Of a DNA stretch of 64,000 nt, positions 63,995 to 64,000 are shown piece after piece. Source of the stretch: a virus (taxonomy: Duplodnaviria > Caudoviricetes); the IMG/VR virus record IMGVR_UViG_3300037851_000671, positions 154,773 through 218,772 of that record. One strand, 5' to 3'. The notes below the pieces were generated by a model. It saw only the letters and a program-made list of their open reading frames with translations. It was not told where the DNA came from and did no database searches. How positions within the stretch are numbered: the stretch's first letter is position 1; every line of letters starts with the position of its first letter. The position numbers were made by a program, and so were the translations under genes.

Positions 63995-64000
63995 GGTCCC

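Noticed and set aside
1-64000. Bacterial (for example CPR) chromosome rather than phage
   Set aside because: No ribosomal-protein or core operons. Scattered single auxiliary genes, lysis enzymes, a terminase-like gene, dense homing endonucleases and tRNA arrays fit a jumbo phage; no capsid gene is in the window, so this remains an inference.

Overview
This window looks like part of a jumbo (huge) phage genome read in the standard genetic code. It is gene-dense, mostly on the minus strand, with no ribosomal-protein or rRNA genes. It encodes lysis/virion hydrolases (amidase, M15 peptidase, SLT-like), nucleotide and translation helpers (ThyX, GuaB-like, IF-1, Thg1), an ADP-ribosylation set (WGR-PARP, macrodomain, NADAR), glycosyltransferases and radical SAM enzymes, six homing endonucleases (one frameshifted) and about 34 tRNA genes. 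The main unexplained structure is a Ro60/TROVE gene (12040-13686) plus 12 dispersed copies of a modular ncRNA. All copies share a covarying closing stem, 5'-AACG-CG..GAUC-WUUCAUC-[cargo]-GGUC..UUU-CGUU-3'. The cargo varies: circularly permuted tRNAs of different isotypes (YrlA Y-RNA topology), permuted tRNA-like domains with an encoded NCCA, non-tRNA hairpins, or almost nothing. The window also has two permuted tRNA-like RNAs with large inserts at the acceptor end, a tRNA-His split by a LAGLIDADG gene with a duplicated anticodon loop, and a thyX 5' duplication flanking a GIY-YIG gene. All calls are by eye from motifs and base-pairing; no database searches were run.
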